NCBI GenBank assembly: GCA_963724765.1
Contig: CAVRVY010000001.1
Span: 544,001 to 608,000, forward strand
Length of the DNA stretch: 64,000 nt
Origin: an uncultured delta proteobacterium
GTDB lineage: Bacteria > Desulfobacterota > Binatia > Binatales > Binataceae
Direction: 5' to 3'
Shown here in pieces: positions 60,756 through 64,000 of the stretch; positions within the stretch are counted from its first letter, which is position 1; the number at the start of each line of letters is the position of its first letter. Both the position numbers and the translations under genes were made by a program. The notes beneath the pieces were generated by a model. It ran no database searches and had not been told where the DNA came from. It saw nothing but the letters and a program-made list of their open reading frames with translations.

Positions 60756-61796
60756 ATGAAGATTGGCGTACTCACCGGCGGCGGAGATTGTCCGGGACTC
60801 AATGCAGCAATTCGGGCAATTGTGAAGTATGGCAGCAAAAGATACGAAGACCGCTTTTTGGGCATCAAGTACGGCTGGAAGGGGCTCGTCAATAAAAGCA
60901 TGCCCATCGAGGAGCGGGTTATGGAGCTAACTCCTGTCACCGTTTCTGGCATTCTCACAAAAGGCGGCACCATTCTTTATTCTTCGCGGACGAATCCACT
61001 GAGCCAAGAAAACGGCCTTGAAGATCTTCGGCATAATTTTGATGAACTCGGCCTCAATGGACTAATTGCGATCGGCGGAGAGGATACGTTAGGTGTCGCG
61101 TACGCGGCATTTGCAAAATTCAACCTGCCGGTTGTCGGTGTGCCCAAGACAATCGATAACGATCTGTGCGGGACAGACACGACTATCGGGTTTACCACCG
61201 CTTATACTGTCGTGACCGAAGCCGTTGACCGACTCCATTCCACGGCGGAATCCCACGACACGATCCACATCATCGAGGTCATGGGGAGAAATACTGGTTG
61301 GATTGCACTTCGAGGCGGTATGGCCGGCGGAGCGGATATCATTCTAATTCCAGAGCATCCACTGTCGATAGAAGAGATTTGTAATTTGATCGAAGAGCGA
61401 CGTGATCAGAGCAAACGTTTCAGCATCATAGTAGTCGCCGAAGGATATCCACTCGAAGGACAGGTCGTGAAGAGTGATCAGAGAGATGCTTTCGGGCATG
61501 AACAGCTGGGCGGAGTTGGTAATCGACTTGCCGCAATTCTCAAAGCGAAAACCGGCTTCGAGGTAAGAGTCACCAACCCTGCATATATGCAACGGGGCGG
61601 CATTCCTGCTGCCTACGACCGGTACATTGCGATCGAACTCGGCGAGAGGGCTGTGGATCTGGTTCACAACGGGCGGTTTGGAAGGATGGCGGCGATCGCG
61701 CGCAATCAAGTGACTGACGTGGAGCTCAGGGAAGTGACGGGAACAAGGCAGGTCCCGCTTGAGCTTTTTGAAAAAATGCGCTGGCTGTTCGGGTAA
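60756..61796 (+). CDS. pfkA: 6-phosphofructokinase, PfkA family, group III (mixed-substrate clade)
   Basis: LTGGGDCPGLN, GGTIL.SSR, IGGEDT, PKTIDND, EVMGR and QRGG motifs; AGGAAGG RBS before ATG 60756. Confidence 0.92.
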   Translation: MKIGVLTGGGDCPGLNAAIRAIVKYGSKRYEDRFLGIKYGWKGLVNKSMPIEERVMELTPVTVSGILTKGGTILYSSRTNPLSQENGLEDLRHNFDELGLNGLIAIGGEDTLGVAYAAFAKFNLPVVGVPKTIDNDLCGTDTTIGFTTAYTVVTEAVDRLHSTAESHDTIHIIEVMGRNTGWIALRGGMAGGADIILIPEHPLSIEEICNLIEERRDQSKRFSIIVVAEGYPLEGQVVKSDQRDAFGHEQLGGVGNRLAAILKAKTGFEVRVTNPAYMQRGGIPAAYDRYIAIELGERAVDLVHNGRFGRMAAIARNQVTDVELREVTGTRQVPLELFEKMRWLFG

Positions 61797-61935
61797 AAGA
61801 GCTCGCTGCGGATCTTCCAAGTTGATCACACTGCGACGCAACGGTGGAAGCGCAGACGCCTGGCTGAAGCGAACATTACTCTGCCGGAAAATGTCAACCT
61901 CGTCCCGAATCGCACAATCAAAGAGAATGCTCTCG

Positions 61936-62630
61936 TGTGCCTATCGAAAACCTAAATCCGGACGTATTGATGATGGAGCCCGCCGAGGATAGGTATCGCT
62001 GCGATGCGGCCGAACTTCTGGGCTCGCCGAAAACATGGAGCATCTTTATCCAATGAGAGGTGAGTCCGGACATCAAGACCTCATTGTAATACGAAGCGTA
62101 AGCCTTCAGGACACCGCGCAAGTGCGCCTCGCCGAACACGATGAGATGGTCGAGAGATTCGCGCCGTATCGATCCGATGAGCCGTTCAATGTGGCCGTTC
62201 TGCCACGGCGAGAGTGGTGCGGTGGGGGTGATCTCGGATCCCCATTGCACGAATGCGGCGGATGTACGCTGGACCGAATGCGCCAACACGGTCTCGAATC
62301 AGGTGACGCGGCGCTTCCTCCCAGGGAAAGGCATCGGTCACCTGGCCCGCTATCCACTCGGCGGTCGGATTGTTCGTCACGCTGATGCTCACCAATCGCC
62401 TCCGGGCGTGACGAAGAATGACCAGGCCATAGAACAGCTTGAAAGAAATTGTACGAACCACGAACAAATCGATGGACGTGATCCCAGCGGCATAGTTGCG
62501 CAGGAATGTCTTCCACCCCTGAGAGGGCGGCCCCTGCCGCCTGGTCATGTATCGCGCCACGGTTGACTGGGCGACCTCGATCCCAAGCATCAGCAGTTCG
62601 CCGTGTATCCGCGGCGCTCCCCACAGCGTC
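61936..62630 (-). mobile_element. Degraded, 5'-truncated relative of the 27.2-kb IS481-like element
   Basis: End TGTGCCTATCGAAAACC; WGAPRIHGEL...IRDR...QNGHIER split across frames. Confidence 0.85.
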
Positions 62631-63090
62631 ACCGTTCGTGCCGGGATTGCCACAATTATTTGTGCCCGAAGGAGGTGCCGGATGAACTTGTGCCAACGTG
62701 CCGGAAAAAGATGACAGGGCAAAGGCCGAGCGGAACGTCGTCCAGTCAGCCGCATTCATGTTCGTGTCTTCGATGACTACGATGGTTTGCCCTTCTCCCG
62801 TGATAGGCGTGCTCGCAGTCCAGAGCGGCGTGACAGTGTAGATTGTAGCGAAATCCTGCGGTCCAACGTCGTACTGCTCGCTGCCTTGATACGAGAAGGA
62901 GAAAGTCGGATTCCATCCTGCCGGTACCCATTTGCCGTTCGAATCCTTCTTGACCTCGCCGACGTTCTGCATCGCCGGACGCGGCATGAAGTCGTTCAAC
63001 GAGGCGAAGCCCATCACCAGCGGCGCAAGCGCTACGGGTATCTGCGGGTCGGTAGCATTCGCGACGTGGTTTACAACTGCCGAGTGGTTC
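62631..63090 (-). pseudogene. Internal fragment of an S53 (sedolisin/kumamolisin-like) serine peptidase
   Basis: NATDPQIPVALA, P.DFATIY and ITGEGQTIVVI...D..TFRSAF motifs; both ends missing. Confidence 0.7.
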
Positions 63091-63117
63091 GATCAGCAGT
63101 CGAATTTACGGCGATGA

Positions 63118-63205
63118 TTCATGGACCTAGCCAAATCGCGCCCGGATAAGCTGAAAGCCCGTGAAAAGTGTGACCACACGCGAGACCGACTGTTCCTCGG
63201 CCCCG
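63118..63205. repeat. Partial copy D of the dispersed non-coding repeat
   Basis: TTCATGGACCTAGCCAAATCGCGCCCGGATAA, 30/32 identical to 58766-58797. Confidence 0.6.
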
Positions 63206-63289
63206 TTACACTGAATTTTTTCTCGCGGTCGCGACAAGTTGAATCGGTAGTTGGCGGTTTTGAATTCCCTGCTCTTTCATCGATTGCGA

Positions 63290-63683
63290 TCATGTTTGCT
63301 TGCGGAGTTCCTGGATAAGCTCCCCGAGACTTGGTCGTAGCGCCCCCCATCGCTCTGCTACCTTCCCGCCCGAGATGCGTACGATCTCGTAAATTTCAAA
63401 TGTAACTCGCCTGCCGGTCGGTGGAATACCTCTGAATTCTCGCGAGTGGGTCTGTTCCGCTGTCATCCGAGCTGCCACTCGATCCCCTTCCGCCACGAGA
63501 TCCGAAATCGTGACCTTCTGATCAGGGAACCCGCCTGTTACTGCTTTTCGGAAGGCGATCAGGGCATCCCGGTCGCCAGGCGGGGCCAGGTCATGTGCGA
63601 CGAAATCGGCCGTGAGCAGTTTATCCAGTAGGTCCGGCTTGCTGAGTGCATCCAAGTAGCAGCGAGATCTCTTTGTTGTCCAT
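63290..63683 (-). pseudogene. SnoaL-like ester cyclase, frameshift just after the start
   Basis: FPD...I.DLVAEGDRVAAR, H..EFRGIPPTGRRV and GGKVAERW motifs; the ATG with GGAG RBS is out of frame with the body. Confidence 0.75.
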
Positions 63684-63785
63684 GATCTCCATCACCTCTG
63701 GTGCCCTCCGGAAGACTCGATTAAAGCTCAATCGCCGCGCGCGGGCGGCCCAGCCGCCCACGCGCCTATCCGCCTGGCCGGAAGT

Positions 63786-64000
63786 TTACGGAACCGACGG
63801 AGGCGTAAACGGCGGCTCGGGAACCGGACTAGTCGACCACGGCGTGAACAGTACCGTGCCGGTGCCGGCCACGAAGGTTGCGCATCTTCTCGCACCGGGA
63901 CCGGCGGAGCATCCCCACCAATCTTGCGTGGCGTTGACCGTAGCACTGCCAGTGAGGACCTCAAGATTGTCGACGGCGATGCTACCGCGGCTGAAGTTGT
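63786..64000 (-). CDS. C-terminus of a right-handed parallel beta-helix repeat protein (runs off the right edge)
   Basis: Hand translation ...VNATQDWWGCSAGPGARRC...VLFTPW...*. Confidence 0.6.
   Translation of the reverse strand, partial: NFSRGSIAVDNLEVLTGSATVNATQDWWGCSAGPGARRCATFVAGTGTVLFTPWSTSPVPEPPFTPPSVP

Noticed and set aside
62106-63017. 303-aa ORF as a novel protein
   Set aside because: An S53 peptidase fragment running into an off-frame reading of the degraded IS.
1-64000. CRISPR array, rRNA, retron/reverse transcriptase or group II intron
   Set aside because: No regularly spaced 25-40 bp repeats, rRNA signatures, YADD-type RT ORF or domain V motif were seen. The YADD in the 28.4-kb remnant lies in an MBL-hydrolase tail.

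Overview
GC-rich bacterial DNA. The host is probably a soil Candidatus Binatia-like organism; this is an inference from the DUF1329 protein, the methylamine genes and the small Cys-rich hypotheticals. The window has two contrasting halves. (1) 1-26.6 kb is an intact, divergently arranged nitrogen-catabolic cluster centred on an XRE-cupin regulator. Its leftward arm has a nitrilase-family hydrolase, a PuuE-like deacetylase, a DUF1329 exported protein, one hydantoinase/oxoprolinase B, three hydantoinase/oxoprolinase A paralogs and an M20 amidohydrolase. Its rightward arm has a C45 Ntn-hydrolase, a second deacetylase, an acetamidase/formamidase and the complete N-methylglutamate methylamine pathway (gmaS, mgsABC, mgdABCD). 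The two arms share a mirrored promoter/operator architecture, and the left arm has a ~260-nt densely base-paired leader region. (2) 26.8-64 kb is a decayed accessory region. It holds IS481, IS5, IS21 and IS630 elements and a broken ParB-methyltransferase/serine-recombinase island. It also holds defence relics (ADP-ribosyltransferase, DUF3644, Shedu), a tRNA-Glu att remnant, a dispersed ~190-nt non-coding repeat ending in an antisense tRNA-like 3' end, a relic selenoprotein gene, many gene fragments and a few intact genes (VIT1, PadR, His-rich protein, SnoaL, PFK). No rRNA, full-length tRNA or CRISPR array was seen. All family calls come from motif recognition, not database searches.
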